A stretch of 64,000 nucleotides of DNA. Origin: an uncultured Verrucomicrobiota bacterium. Lineage in GTDB: Bacteria; Verrucomicrobiota; Kiritimatiellia; JAAZAB01. The notes under the pieces were generated by a model, which had not been told where the DNA came from, ran no database searches, and was given only the letters and a program-made list of their open reading frames with translations. Positions within the stretch are counted from its first letter, which is position 1, and every line of letters begins with the position of its first letter. Positions 9,151 to 18,203 of this stretch are shown piece by piece. Location of the stretch: contig CAYYWX010000009.1 of assembly GCA_964475405.1 (NCBI GenBank), positions 2,407 through 66,406 of the forward strand. The letters run 5' to 3'. The position numbers were made by a program, and so were the translations under genes.

Positions 9151-9672
9151 ATGCAAAAAAAATCAAACATTTCAAAGGCCCTGCAAAGAAAATATCCCGA
9201 GCAGGTGGTGCTGGTCACGACCGCCAAGCCGGACGGGGGCGCCAACGCCATGGCGGTCGGGTGGGTGGCGATCGCCTCCGGCGAGCCGCTGATGTTCATG
9301 CTCGGCATTGATGACGGCGCGTACACCCACGAACTGATCAAAAAAACGAAGGAATTCGTGGTGGCATTCCCGGGCGAGAATATGGGCCGGGAAGTTCTTT
9401 TTGTCGGGACAAGGCATGGCCGCGATAGTGACAAAATTGCCGGGAGCGGCCTGGCCGTTCAACCGGCCGACAAGGTGAAAGCGCCGCTCGTGGCGGACGC
9501 GGTCGCGAATTTCGAATGCCGTTTGGTTGCCATTCACCGGCCGGGCGATTGTCCGTTGATCATCGGCCGGGTGGTGGCCGCCCATGAAAATTCCAATCCA
9601 GCCGTCAAACGTCTTTACACGGTCGCGTCCGGCCACAAAATGGCGGGTGTGCGGCCATTAATCAAAAAATAA
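9151..9672 (+). CDS. flavin reductase-like (FMN-binding split-barrel) domain protein
   Basis: 173 aa. The pattern VVLVTT...GxNAMAVGW...FxxxxxxPxxxxxVxxxxxxS is typical of the Flavin_Reduct family. Confidence 0.7.
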   Translation: MQKKSNISKALQRKYPEQVVLVTTAKPDGGANAMAVGWVAIASGEPLMFMLGIDDGAYTHELIKKTKEFVVAFPGENMGREVLFVGTRHGRDSDKIAGSGLAVQPADKVKAPLVADAVANFECRLVAIHRPGDCPLIIGRVVAAHENSNPAVKRLYTVASGHKMAGVRPLIKK

Positions 9673-9704
9673 ATCCCGCCTTATCAGGAAAGAGAGAACC
9701 CCCC

Positions 9705-11777
9705 ATGACCGAACTGCGTATCGAGCCGTATCGCATTCCCGGCGCACGCCTGGAAGCGCAAAATCCCCTGCCGGCATTCCGTCAGCCTGATCCGCAAGCC
9801 AGGAGCACGTTGTTTGATCCGTCATTTCCGGACGAAAAGAAGGAACTGATCGGCTGGCAAACTGGCGCGAGGTCACTGCCTTACCGCATGCAGGATCAGT
9901 ACACCAGGAACAAAAAGCCGATGGAATTCAAGTCGGCCGTCCTGGAAAACGAAATACTCCGGGCAATCTTCCTGCCGGAACTCGGCGGGCGGCTTGTTTC
10001 CCTCGTTTACAAGCCGTTGCAGCGCGAGCTTTTGGAACGCAACCCGGTGTTTCAACCGGCCAACCTCGCCCTGCGCAATGCCTGGATTTCGGGCGGCGTG
10101 GAATGGAATACGGGGCAGTTCGGGCACGCCCTGCACACCTGTTCCCCGGTCTTTGCCGCAAAAATCCGCGGGCCGCAGGGCGAGCCGGGACTGCGCCTCT
10201 ACGATTACGAACGCTGCAAGAATCATTTCTGGCAGATTGATTTCTTCCTCCCGCCCGGCTTCCAGTTCCTCCTGGTTTGCCCGCGGGTGATGAACCCGTT
10301 TGACCGGCCGTCGTCAATGTACTGGTGGACGAATATCGCCGTTCCGGAGGCCGAGGACGTGCGGGTCCTCGCGCCGACCGACCAGGTCATTTTCCACGTT
10401 CCATGCAAACAAACCGAGGCTCAAAAGAAAAAACCGCCATTGCCGCAATGCATCCCTTCATCCCTGGCTCTGGGCAAATTGCCGGAACTGCCGATCCTGC
10501 CCGGAAAGGACGCCACTTATTCGACGAACTTTCCTTATTCCAATGAGTTTTTTTTCCAGTGCGAGAAGGCGGACATGATCTGGGAAGCGGCCCTGGACCG
10601 CAACGGCGGCGGATTCATAGAAACATCCACCAGGCCGTTGCTTTACCGCAAGCTTTTCTGCTGGGGGCGCGGAACCGGCGGGAAAAGATGGCAGGAATTT
10701 CTTTCCGTCCGCGGCCACGCGTACATTGAAATCCAGGCCGGGTTGGCGCCGACCCAGACCCATGGGCTGGCAATGCCGCCGCGGGGCGAGTTTGAGTGGC
10801 TGGAAACGATGGGCTATATCGAGTCCGATCCGAAGCTGGTGCACAATCCCGACTGGCCAACCGCCTGGCAGGCGGTGGACCGCGATATTAAAAAAATGCT
10901 GCCGATGGGCGTGCTGAATGAAAAACACGCCGCTTGCCGCGCCTTGCGGAACCAGCCCCCGGAGGAAATCCTGCACACGGCCAGCGGATGGGGCGCCCTG
11001 GAAATGCGCCGGCGCAAAACAGATTCCAAGGCGCCGCCCGTGCCGGAAGCGTTTGTCTTTCCGGAAGCAACGATGGGCGCAGAGCAGGAAAGATGGATTC
11101 AGCTGATGAAGCGCGGATTTCTGCCGGAACAGGATGTCCTGGCTGAACCGGGGGAATGGATGATCCAGGATGAATGGCGTGAAATGCTGGAAGCAAGCCT
11201 GAAGGAAAATGGCAATTGGTTCGCACTGCTCCATGCCGGGGTGATGCGCATGGAACAGTTTGACGAGAAGGGCGCGCGGCAGGCCTGGGAGGAATCCATC
11301 CGCCGCAAACCATCAGTCTGGGCATATCGCAACCTGGCGGTGCTGTCCATCCGGCAGAAAAAGACAGCCGAAGTCCTGCGCAATTTCGAGCAGGCGTGGA
11401 CGCTGGCCGTGGGTTCGGAAATAGCCCGGGCGGCTCTCGTGCAGGAATACCTGCAGGCCCTTTGCGATGCGGGCGAATACGACAAAATAAACGCCATTTA
11501 CGCCGGACTGCCCCGGGAGCTGCAGGAGCTTGACCGGGTCCAGGTCATCCTGGCCGTGATCGCCTTGAAGCGGGGAGACCTGGACACGGTGGAAAAGATA
11601 CTGCAGCGCGAATTCACCGTTATCCGGGAAGGCGAGATATTGCTGACCGAGCTCTGGTTCGGCATGTGGGAAAAGCGCCTGGCTGAACAAGCGGGGAGGG
11701 AAGTGGATGACGACCTGAAAGCGGAAGCGCGCCGGGCGCATCCGCCGCCGGCCAGGATTGATTTCAGGATGAAATAA
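9705..11777 (+). CDS. large hypothetical protein with a C-terminal TPR-like helical region
   Basis: 690 aa ORF with an RBS-like context. The C-terminal 200 aa is helical-repeat-like. No confident family assignment. Confidence 0.5.
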   Translation: MTELRIEPYRIPGARLEAQNPLPAFRQPDPQARSTLFDPSFPDEKKELIGWQTGARSLPYRMQDQYTRNKKPMEFKSAVLENEILRAIFLPELGGRLVSLVYKPLQRELLERNPVFQPANLALRNAWISGGVEWNTGQFGHALHTCSPVFAAKIRGPQGEPGLRLYDYERCKNHFWQIDFFLPPGFQFLLVCPRVMNPFDRPSSMYWWTNIAVPEAEDVRVLAPTDQVIFHVPCKQTEAQKKKPPLPQCIPSSLALGKLPELPILPGKDATYSTNFPYSNEFFFQCEKADMIWEAALDRNGGGFIETSTRPLLYRKLFCWGRGTGGKRWQEFLSVRGHAYIEIQAGLAPTQTHGLAMPPRGEFEWLETMGYIESDPKLVHNPDWPTAWQAVDRDIKKMLPMGVLNEKHAACRALRNQPPEEILHTASGWGALEMRRRKTDSKAPPVPEAFVFPEATMGAEQERWIQLMKRGFLPEQDVLAEPGEWMIQDEWREMLEASLKENGNWFALLHAGVMRMEQFDEKGARQAWEESIRRKPSVWAYRNLAVLSIRQKKTAEVLRNFEQAWTLAVGSEIARAALVQEYLQALCDAGEYDKINAIYAGLPRELQELDRVQVILAVIALKRGDLDTVEKILQREFTVIREGEILLTELWFGMWEKRLAEQAGREVDDDLKAEARRAHPPPARIDFRMK

Positions 11778-11838
11778 TATTGTAAATATACCCGCCCGGT
11801 TATAGAATCACGCCAATCGATATTTTCATGAGAATCGC

Positions 11839-13134
11839 ATGTTTAGTAGAAATATAAAACAGAGACTGTTCTGGGTAATGCTTGTTTTGGCATTGACCGT
11901 CAACCTTGTTGTCGGCGCCAAGATCGCCACCCAGAACACGAAGGAAAACGACACTTCCGAGGTGGCGTTTGAAAAAATGCAGCTGCTGGCGGAGGTCTTG
12001 CTGCAAATACGGCAGAATTACGTTGATGAGGATAAAACCCAGTACAAGGACCTTCTCTACGGCGCCTTGCGCGGAATGCTGCAGTCGCTCGACCCGCACA
12101 GCCAGTTCATGGAGCCGGAAACATTTTCGGACATGAAGAATGACACCGCCGGCGAGTTCGGCGGCCTGGGGATCGTGATCGGCATGCGGGATGGCATCTT
12201 AACGGTGATCGCCCCGATGGAAGACACGCCCGCTTACCGGGCGGGTGTTTTGCACGGCGACAAGATCGTCGCGATTGACGGCGAGTCAACCGAAAACCTG
12301 AGCCTCCAGGACGCGGTGAAAAAAATGCGCGGCGAACCCGGCACGAAGGTGAAGATCAAAATCATGCGCCCCAAGCCGCAGGAAATCAAGGAAATGGAAA
12401 TCGTCCGCGCGGTCATCAAGGTTGAAAGCGTCAAGGGCACGACCATGATTACCGATCAAATCGGCTATGTGCGCATCACCCAGTTTAACGAGCCGACCGC
12501 GGAAGCCCTGCAAAAATCACTTGAAAAGCTCCTGGGCCAGGGCATGAAGGCATTGATCCTGGACCTGCGCAACAATCCCGGCGGATTGCTCAGCTCGGCC
12601 GTGGAAGTCTCGCAGAAATTTTTGAAGGGCGGCGAAAAAATAGTCTCCACGAAAGGCCGGGCGGGCGTCGGGTTGCAGACCCAGTACGCCTCCAAGGGCA
12701 GGTACCATTACGTTGATTTCCCGATGATCATCCTCGTCAACGGCGGCAGCGCGAGCGCGTCCGAAATCGTCGCCGGCGCGCTCCAGGATTACAAGCGGGC
12801 CATCCTCGTGGGCGAGAAAACGTTCGGCAAGGGATCGGTCCAAAGCGTCATGCCGCTCGATGACGGCTCTGCCATCCGGCTGACCACCGCGAAATATTAC
12901 ACCCCCAACGAGCGCATGATCCACGAAAAGGGCATCGATCCCGACATCTTTATCCCGATGTCGCTGGAGCAGTGGCAGAAGGTCATGATCAAGCGTTCGC
13001 GCGACGAGATCGGCGATGTCGGCAACGAGGACAAACTTGACCTGACCAACGCGGTTGACGTTCAACTTGAACGGGCCGTGGACGTCTTGAAAGCCATCCG
13101 CAGTTTCCAGTCCCATGCCAAATCAGCGAAATGA
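11839..13134 (+). CDS. ctpA: carboxyl-terminal processing protease (S41 family, PDZ-containing)
   Basis: N-terminal TM/signal, a PDZ segment (GIVIGMRDGILTVIAPMEDTPAYRAGV), and GGSASASEIVAGALQD...GSVQS catalytic Ser/Lys region. Confidence 0.85.
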   Translation: MFSRNIKQRLFWVMLVLALTVNLVVGAKIATQNTKENDTSEVAFEKMQLLAEVLLQIRQNYVDEDKTQYKDLLYGALRGMLQSLDPHSQFMEPETFSDMKNDTAGEFGGLGIVIGMRDGILTVIAPMEDTPAYRAGVLHGDKIVAIDGESTENLSLQDAVKKMRGEPGTKVKIKIMRPKPQEIKEMEIVRAVIKVESVKGTTMITDQIGYVRITQFNEPTAEALQKSLEKLLGQGMKALILDLRNNPGGLLSSAVEVSQKFLKGGEKIVSTKGRAGVGLQTQYASKGRYHYVDFPMIILVNGGSASASEIVAGALQDYKRAILVGEKTFGKGSVQSVMPLDDGSAIRLTTAKYYTPNERMIHEKGIDPDIFIPMSLEQWQKVMIKRSRDEIGDVGNEDKLDLTNAVDVQLERAVDVLKAIRSFQSHAKSAK

Positions 13135-14177
13135 ATGTCCTCGGCATTGAAACCTCATGCGATGAAACGGCCGCCGCGGTCGTGGCCGATGGACGCCGGG
13201 TGAGAGCCAGCATAGTCTTCAGCCAGACCGACCTGCACCGCCCCTATGGCGGGGTTGTCCCCGAGATTGCCTCGCGCAACCATCTTGAGCTCCTGCCCGG
13301 AATAGTGGAGAGGACCCTGGACGAGGCGCGGCTTGATTGGCGGCAAATTGACGCCGTGGCGGCGACCTACGGCCCCGGGCTGACAAGCTCGCTGCTGATC
13401 GGGGTGACGACCGGCCGCGCGCTGGCTTTAAGCCGCGCCATCCCGTTTATCGCGGTTAACCACCTGGAAGCGCATCTTTACGCGCCCTTTTTGGCGGCGG
13501 ATCTTCCGGACATGGACAGCCTCTGCCCGTTTGTGGCCTTAATCGTGTCTGGCGGCCATACCTGCCTCGTGCGGGTGGAAGCGCTCGGCCGTTATCGCTT
13601 GCTGGGCACCACGCTTGACGACGCCGCGGGGGAAGTTTTCGACAAGGGGGCCAAACTGCTGGGGCTTGGTTACCCGGGCGGCCCGGAAATCAACAAACTT
13701 GCCCGGAATGGGAAAGGCAATGCGATTGCGTTTCCGCGCGGACGATTTTCGGCCGGCATGATGGCGAACGGGATGTCCGGCGATTTATGCTTCAGCTTCA
13801 GCGGGCTCAAGACCGCCTTGATGTATTTCCTCAAAAGGCTCCCGCAAGGCAATCCGGGCTATCGGCCGGAGGACATTGCCGCGAGTTACCAGGAGGCCAT
13901 TATAGATTCCCTCTCGGAACGCCTTTTCCTGGCCGCCCGGCGGGAAAATATAAAATGCGTCGCGGCGGTGGGTGGCGTTTCGCTGAACACGAGATTGCGC
14001 GAGAAGCTTTTGTCCGTCGGCAACGCGTCCGGCCTGCGCGTGATATTCGCCGAACCGCGCTATTGCATGGACAATGCCGCCATGGTGGCCGGCCTGGCGG
14101 GCGCGGGGCAGGGGATCGGCGGAAACGAGGCGTGGCAGGTTGACGTCTGCCCGAATCTTGAAATAGGCGTCCGTTAG
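13131..14177 (+). CDS. tsaD: tRNA N6-adenosine threonylcarbamoyltransferase TsaD
   Basis: MNVLGIETSCDETAAAVV N-terminus and Kae1/TsaD family landmarks. ATGA overlap with ctpA. Confidence 0.9.
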   Translation: MNVLGIETSCDETAAAVVADGRRVRASIVFSQTDLHRPYGGVVPEIASRNHLELLPGIVERTLDEARLDWRQIDAVAATYGPGLTSSLLIGVTTGRALALSRAIPFIAVNHLEAHLYAPFLAADLPDMDSLCPFVALIVSGGHTCLVRVEALGRYRLLGTTLDDAAGEVFDKGAKLLGLGYPGGPEINKLARNGKGNAIAFPRGRFSAGMMANGMSGDLCFSFSGLKTALMYFLKRLPQGNPGYRPEDIAASYQEAIIDSLSERLFLAARRENIKCVAAVGGVSLNTRLREKLLSVGNASGLRVIFAEPRYCMDNAAMVAGLAGAGQGIGGNEAWQVDVCPNLEIGVR

Positions 14178-14190
14178 CCCGCATTCGCGA

Positions 14191-16245
14191 TTATTCGTCC
14201 AACCCGGGCGGGGGATCAATGTCCGGATGGGCATTGATGCGCAATTTCCTGACGTCAATGCCGTGCCGGATAAGTTTCCGTTCAAGGGCCGCATTGGCAA
14301 CGCTGCCGGACTCGAAGCTTTGTATCCAGGCCTCCAAAGCCTGCTTTTCACGCCCCATCCCGGCAAGCACATCGCCAAGGTGATCGAGGATCGTCGGATC
14401 ACCCGGCATCATGACGTGCGCGTTTTGAATTAACTCCAGGGCCTGCTCATTCTTTTCCTTCTTGAAGAGGATCCAGCCGAGAGTGTCAAGGTACGCGCCG
14501 TTGTCCGGATCAATGTCCAGTGCGTGTTGCACATAATCAAGGGCCAAGTCGAGGTTAAGGCCTTTTTCGGCCCACATATAAGCGAGATAATTATAGGCGT
14601 CGCTATTTTCATGATCCAGGCGCAATGCCTTTGCGAGGAGTTTTTCGGCCAACTCGTAATCGCCGTTGCGCTCGCAGGCGGCGCCGTAATTGAAATAAAA
14701 CGAAGTATCCAGCACAGCGCCTCCCCGGTCGGAGAGTTCCTCCGCCATTTTTTCCGTGATTTTGAACAAGGCGGCCGACTGCTTGAATTCCTCGGCCCGC
14801 GCGCTGATGATCGCGTAAAAGAACCAGGCCGCGACGTCATCCGGCTCGGCGACGATCGCGTCCTCCATCAATGCAAAGGCCTCCTCCTGGTCTTTCATCC
14901 AGACATAGAGAACGGCCAGGCGGACCCGCGTGTCCATCGCGCCCGGATCAATTTCCAGGGCTTTTGCATAAAGCATGACCGCCTTTCCAACAAGCCGGCA
15001 CTGCACGGCGGCCGTGGCATATTGAATATAGAAGCGGGGATCGCGCAGGATGGAATCATCCGGGGAAAGCGAGGATAGCATCTGATCATAGAGCGCCAGC
15101 GCTTCCCTGTATTGATGGTTGCTCAGGTATAATTGCGCGAGAATTTCAAGGAAAAGGCGTTCCTTGGGCAGACGTTTCAAGCCGTCCCGGAGAACTTCCT
15201 TCGCTTTCTGGGGATTGTCACGCATGTGGATGACGACCATCTTCAAATATGCCTTCGGGTTGGCCGGTTCAGCGTCGCGCGCCGCCTTGAAGTTTTCAAG
15301 GGCGTGTTCATTGTCGCCCAGCGAATCATACAGTTCGCCGAGGTAGTAATAGAGATCCGGGCTTTGCGGCTCCTGTCCCGCTATTTTTTTCAGCAACTCG
15401 AGGGCTTTTTCCTTGTTGCCCAGGGCGACGTAGCAGAGCGCCAGTTTCTGCTGGACCGGGACATTGTCCGGATCATGGACGGCGACCCGCTGGAAACAGG
15501 CGAGCGCCTTGCTGATTTGCCGGTTTAAAATATAAAGATCGCCAAGCCTTTGCAGGTAATCGTTGGAAAGGTCATCGGTCGGGAAAGCAACCGCCTTTTC
15601 ATAATACGATATCGCCTCCTTGATATCGGCGGCGTTGGCGGCGGTGGAGCGGATATGCTGGGCGTGCAAATCGCCGAGCAGCCTCAAAACCGGAAGGGGG
15701 TCTTTTACTTTATCAAGCGCCTGGCGCAGGATTTGCAGGGCCGTCTTTTCATCCTTGTCGGCGACGGACAAGGCCGCGAGCTGCAGGTATCCCTTGTTGT
15801 TCGCGGGCGCGAGGGCGATGGCCTGGCGGGCGGCCTGGCGCGCGCCATCCGGCCGGTTGACGATCTGGTAAATCTGTGAAAGGACCAAAACGGCTTCAAC
15901 GGACTTGGGATTGGAGCGGCAGGCGTCCTCCATGATGGCAATGGCCTTGTCATTGTCATTTCGCCGGATGTACTGGACCGCCACGCGCAAATAAAGCGAG
16001 GTCAATTCCGGTTCCAGTTCGACCGCCCGCAGATAATTGGAAACCGCGCCGGTATCGCGCTGGCCCTCGCGCAGGACTCCCATGCCGTAATTGGCAAGCG
16101 CGTCCGCCATGGCCGCATTGCGCCGGCTCAGGGCGGCCCCTGATTGAGGTTGTTCTGAATTACCGGATGGAAGAGACACTGATCGGCATCCGGCCATCAA
16201 CGCGGCGGCTCCCAGTAAAAAAAACAGAGCCAGCCTGATAGGCAT
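14191..16245 (-). CDS. TPR-repeat lipoprotein
   Basis: 684 aa with a signal peptide plus lipobox (LMAGCRS) and many 34-residue TPR-like repeats. Confidence 0.7.
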   Translation of the reverse strand: MPIRLALFFLLGAAALMAGCRSVSLPSGNSEQPQSGAALSRRNAAMADALANYGMGVLREGQRDTGAVSNYLRAVELEPELTSLYLRVAVQYIRRNDNDKAIAIMEDACRSNPKSVEAVLVLSQIYQIVNRPDGARQAARQAIALAPANNKGYLQLAALSVADKDEKTALQILRQALDKVKDPLPVLRLLGDLHAQHIRSTAANAADIKEAISYYEKAVAFPTDDLSNDYLQRLGDLYILNRQISKALACFQRVAVHDPDNVPVQQKLALCYVALGNKEKALELLKKIAGQEPQSPDLYYYLGELYDSLGDNEHALENFKAARDAEPANPKAYLKMVVIHMRDNPQKAKEVLRDGLKRLPKERLFLEILAQLYLSNHQYREALALYDQMLSSLSPDDSILRDPRFYIQYATAAVQCRLVGKAVMLYAKALEIDPGAMDTRVRLAVLYVWMKDQEEAFALMEDAIVAEPDDVAAWFFYAIISARAEEFKQSAALFKITEKMAEELSDRGGAVLDTSFYFNYGAACERNGDYELAEKLLAKALRLDHENSDAYNYLAYMWAEKGLNLDLALDYVQHALDIDPDNGAYLDTLGWILFKKEKNEQALELIQNAHVMMPGDPTILDHLGDVLAGMGREKQALEAWIQSFESGSVANAALERKLIRHGIDVRKLRINAHPDIDPPPGLDE

Positions 16246-16256
16246 AATGTTTCCGC

Positions 16257-16352
16257 CTACTTGTTAATGTTCTTGTGGCGATCGGCTTTCCGGCGTTTGC
16301 GCCTTTTATGCTTCGCCATCTTTTTTATCCGCCATTTTTTCAGCGAACCCAT
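16257..16352 (-). CDS. small basic protein resembling ribosomal protein bS22 (31 aa; not in the ORF track)
   Basis: Minus-strand ATG at 16352 to TAG at 16257 translates to MGSLKKWRIKKMAKHKRRKRRKADRHKNINK. The MGSxxKKxRxKxMxKHK pattern matches the bS22 family from memory. Lies 11 nt upstream of the TPR lipoprotein start. Confidence 0.5.
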   Translation of the reverse strand: MGSLKKWRIKKMAKHKRRKRRKADRHKNINK

Positions 16353-16373
16353 TTTGTTTCTCCTTGTTTGTCT

Positions 16374-17258
16374 TTACGCGATTATTTTATTCAACGGAAT
16401 TTCAATTATGCCTTCCGCGCCGGCGGCCTTTAGTCTCGGGATGATTTCGCGGACGATCTTTTCCTCAACCACCGATTCCACCGCCACCCATCCTTTCGAG
16501 CTGAGGGCGTTGACGGTCGGCGCGTGCAGCGAAGGCAGGATCGGCAATACTTTGCCGATCCTGCCCTCGGCAACGTTCATTTTGAGCAAGACCCGTGTTT
16601 CCGCCGCGAGGGCCCCCTGGAGAAGCATCGCAAGCGTGTTGATTTTTTCTTTTTTCCATTTATCGCTCCAGGCCGCCTTGTTGGCGATGAGCTTGGTGGT
16701 TGACTCCAGCACGGTCGCGATAATTTTCAAGTTATTTGCCCGCAGAGAGGAGCCGGTTTCGGTGAGTTCCACGATGGCATCGCAAAGGTCCGGCGCCTTG
16801 ACCTCGGTCGCGCCCCATGAGAATTCCACATCGGCGCGCACCCCGTTTTCCCTGAGGAATTTTTTCGTCAGCCCGACCGCCTCGGTCGCGATGCGTTTGC
16901 CGGAGAGGTCCTGGACCGTCTTAATCGGCGAATCGGCCGGGACCGCAACCACCCAGCGCACCTTTCGCAAGCCCTGCTTGGCGTAAATGAGATCGGTCAC
17001 CTCGACCACGTCGGAGCCGTTCTCAACGATCCAGTCATAACCGGTTATGCCGCAGTCCAGCACGCCCTGTTCCACGTAGCGGCTTATTTCCTGCGCCCGG
17101 ATCAGGCGCGCTTCAATCTCCGGATCGTCAACGGCGGGCACATAGGAACGCGACCCGACCGTCACCGAGAAGCCGGCCTTTTTCAGCATGTAAAAAGTGG
17201 CCTCCTGCAAACTGCCTTTCGGGAGCCCGATCACGATTTTTTGGCTGGAATTTTTCAT
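16374..17258 (-). CDS. hisG: ATP phosphoribosyltransferase (long form)
   Basis: 294 aa. Catalytic N-terminus (IGLPKGSL) and a C-terminal regulatory domain. Confidence 0.9.
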   Translation of the reverse strand: MKNSSQKIVIGLPKGSLQEATFYMLKKAGFSVTVGSRSYVPAVDDPEIEARLIRAQEISRYVEQGVLDCGITGYDWIVENGSDVVEVTDLIYAKQGLRKVRWVVAVPADSPIKTVQDLSGKRIATEAVGLTKKFLRENGVRADVEFSWGATEVKAPDLCDAIVELTETGSSLRANNLKIIATVLESTTKLIANKAAWSDKWKKEKINTLAMLLQGALAAETRVLLKMNVAEGRIGKVLPILPSLHAPTVNALSSKGWVAVESVVEEKIVREIIPRLKAAGAEGIIEIPLNKIIA

Positions 17259-17344
17259 TTATTATTTCTTTCTTTTAACACTTGCCGGCAAGTATAACGA
17301 AAATGAAAGGCGCGTCGAGGATAAAATCCGCAAACGCCGCTCAT

Positions 17345-17947
17345 TTATTGTCCCTGGAGCCGCCTGATGACCAGGCGGATGGCCTCGGGATAGGCGATAT
17401 GCTCCTGCTCCTGGATGCGCGCATGCAGAGTTTCGGGGGTGTCGCCGGGTTTCACCTCCACTTTTTTCTGCAATATGACCGCGCCCGTATCCATTCCCGC
17501 GTCAACGTAATGCACGGTGCATCCCGTCACCTTTGCCCCGGCGTTCAGCGCCTGTTTCCAGGCCTCCAGCCCCGGGAAGGCCGGCAGGAGCGAGGGGTGG
17601 ATGTTAATTATCCGCCGCGGGTAAGCATTCAGCAAGCGCTGCTTGATGATCATCATGAACCCGGCCAGGACAACCAGCTCGACGCCGTAATGCCGCAGGC
17701 GATCAACAAGTTTTATTTCGGCCTCGCCGTCGAGCTTGGTCTTGAAGGGCGCCGGATCGATATATTCCGCCGGTATCCCCGCCGCGCGCGCGCGTTCCAG
17801 GATAAGGGCGCCGGGAACATTTGAAAAAACACAGACCACGCGCGCCGGCAGGGCGCCGGCTTCAATCGCGCGTTCAATCGCCTGGAAGTTGGACCCCTTG
17901 CCGGAACCGATCACGCCGATTTTTAATATTTTTTGCGCATCCGACAT
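17345..17947 (-). CDS. purN: phosphoribosylglycinamide formyltransferase
   Basis: 200 aa. IGVIGSGKGSNFQAI and the conserved HPSLLP motif. Confidence 0.9.
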   Translation of the reverse strand: MSDAQKILKIGVIGSGKGSNFQAIERAIEAGALPARVVCVFSNVPGALILERARAAGIPAEYIDPAPFKTKLDGEAEIKLVDRLRHYGVELVVLAGFMMIIKQRLLNAYPRRIINIHPSLLPAFPGLEAWKQALNAGAKVTGCTVHYVDAGMDTGAVILQKKVEVKPGDTPETLHARIQEQEHIAYPEAIRLVIRRLQGQ

Positions 17948-18050
17948 GGAATATAAATAACATTGCGATTAAGATGATGCAAGGATAATGAAACGCGGAA
18001 GCTATCCTTGACTTTGTTTTTTGGCGTAGGCTATGATGCGTATATATATC

Positions 18051-18123
18051 GGGCGGTTAGCTCAATTGGCAGAGCGCCACCCTTACACGGTGGATGTTGT
18101 GGGTTCGAGTCCCTCACCGCCCA
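18051..18123 (+). tRNA. tRNA-Val (anticodon TAC)
   Basis: Cloverleaf folds by hand. Acceptor GGGCGGT/ACCGCCC, D-stem GCTC/GAGC, anticodon stem CCACC/GGTGG with loop CTTACAC, T-loop TTCGAGT. One U-U mismatch in the T-stem. CCA is not encoded. Confidence 0.8.
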
Positions 18124-18203
18124 TTGGTGGTTCCCGGCCGCAGGCTGGTCCGCCCTTGGCGGAAAATCCCGTACCGCCCGCTCGATTAGCTGAAACTCTA
18201 TCC

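Noticed and set aside
8095-9156. 353-aa minus-strand ORF. Similar long antisense ORFs include 487-1059, 5152-5895, 6888-7640, 10458-11234, 16261-16986, 25612-26523, 32739-33722, 44103-44939, 46477-47067, 48015-48704, 53456-54250 and 54369-55157.
   Set aside because: All lie exactly antisense to a well-supported gene with clear family motifs. Their products are Arg/Pro/Gly-rich and low in complexity, as expected from stop-codon depletion in high-GC DNA. None has an RBS or recognisable motifs.
18033-18203. N-terminal extension of the NYN-protein ORF (MMRIYIGRLAQLAERHPYTVD...).
   Set aside because: It overlaps tRNA-Val on the same strand. LAQLAERH is simply the tRNA sequence translated. The real start is the ATG at 18204.
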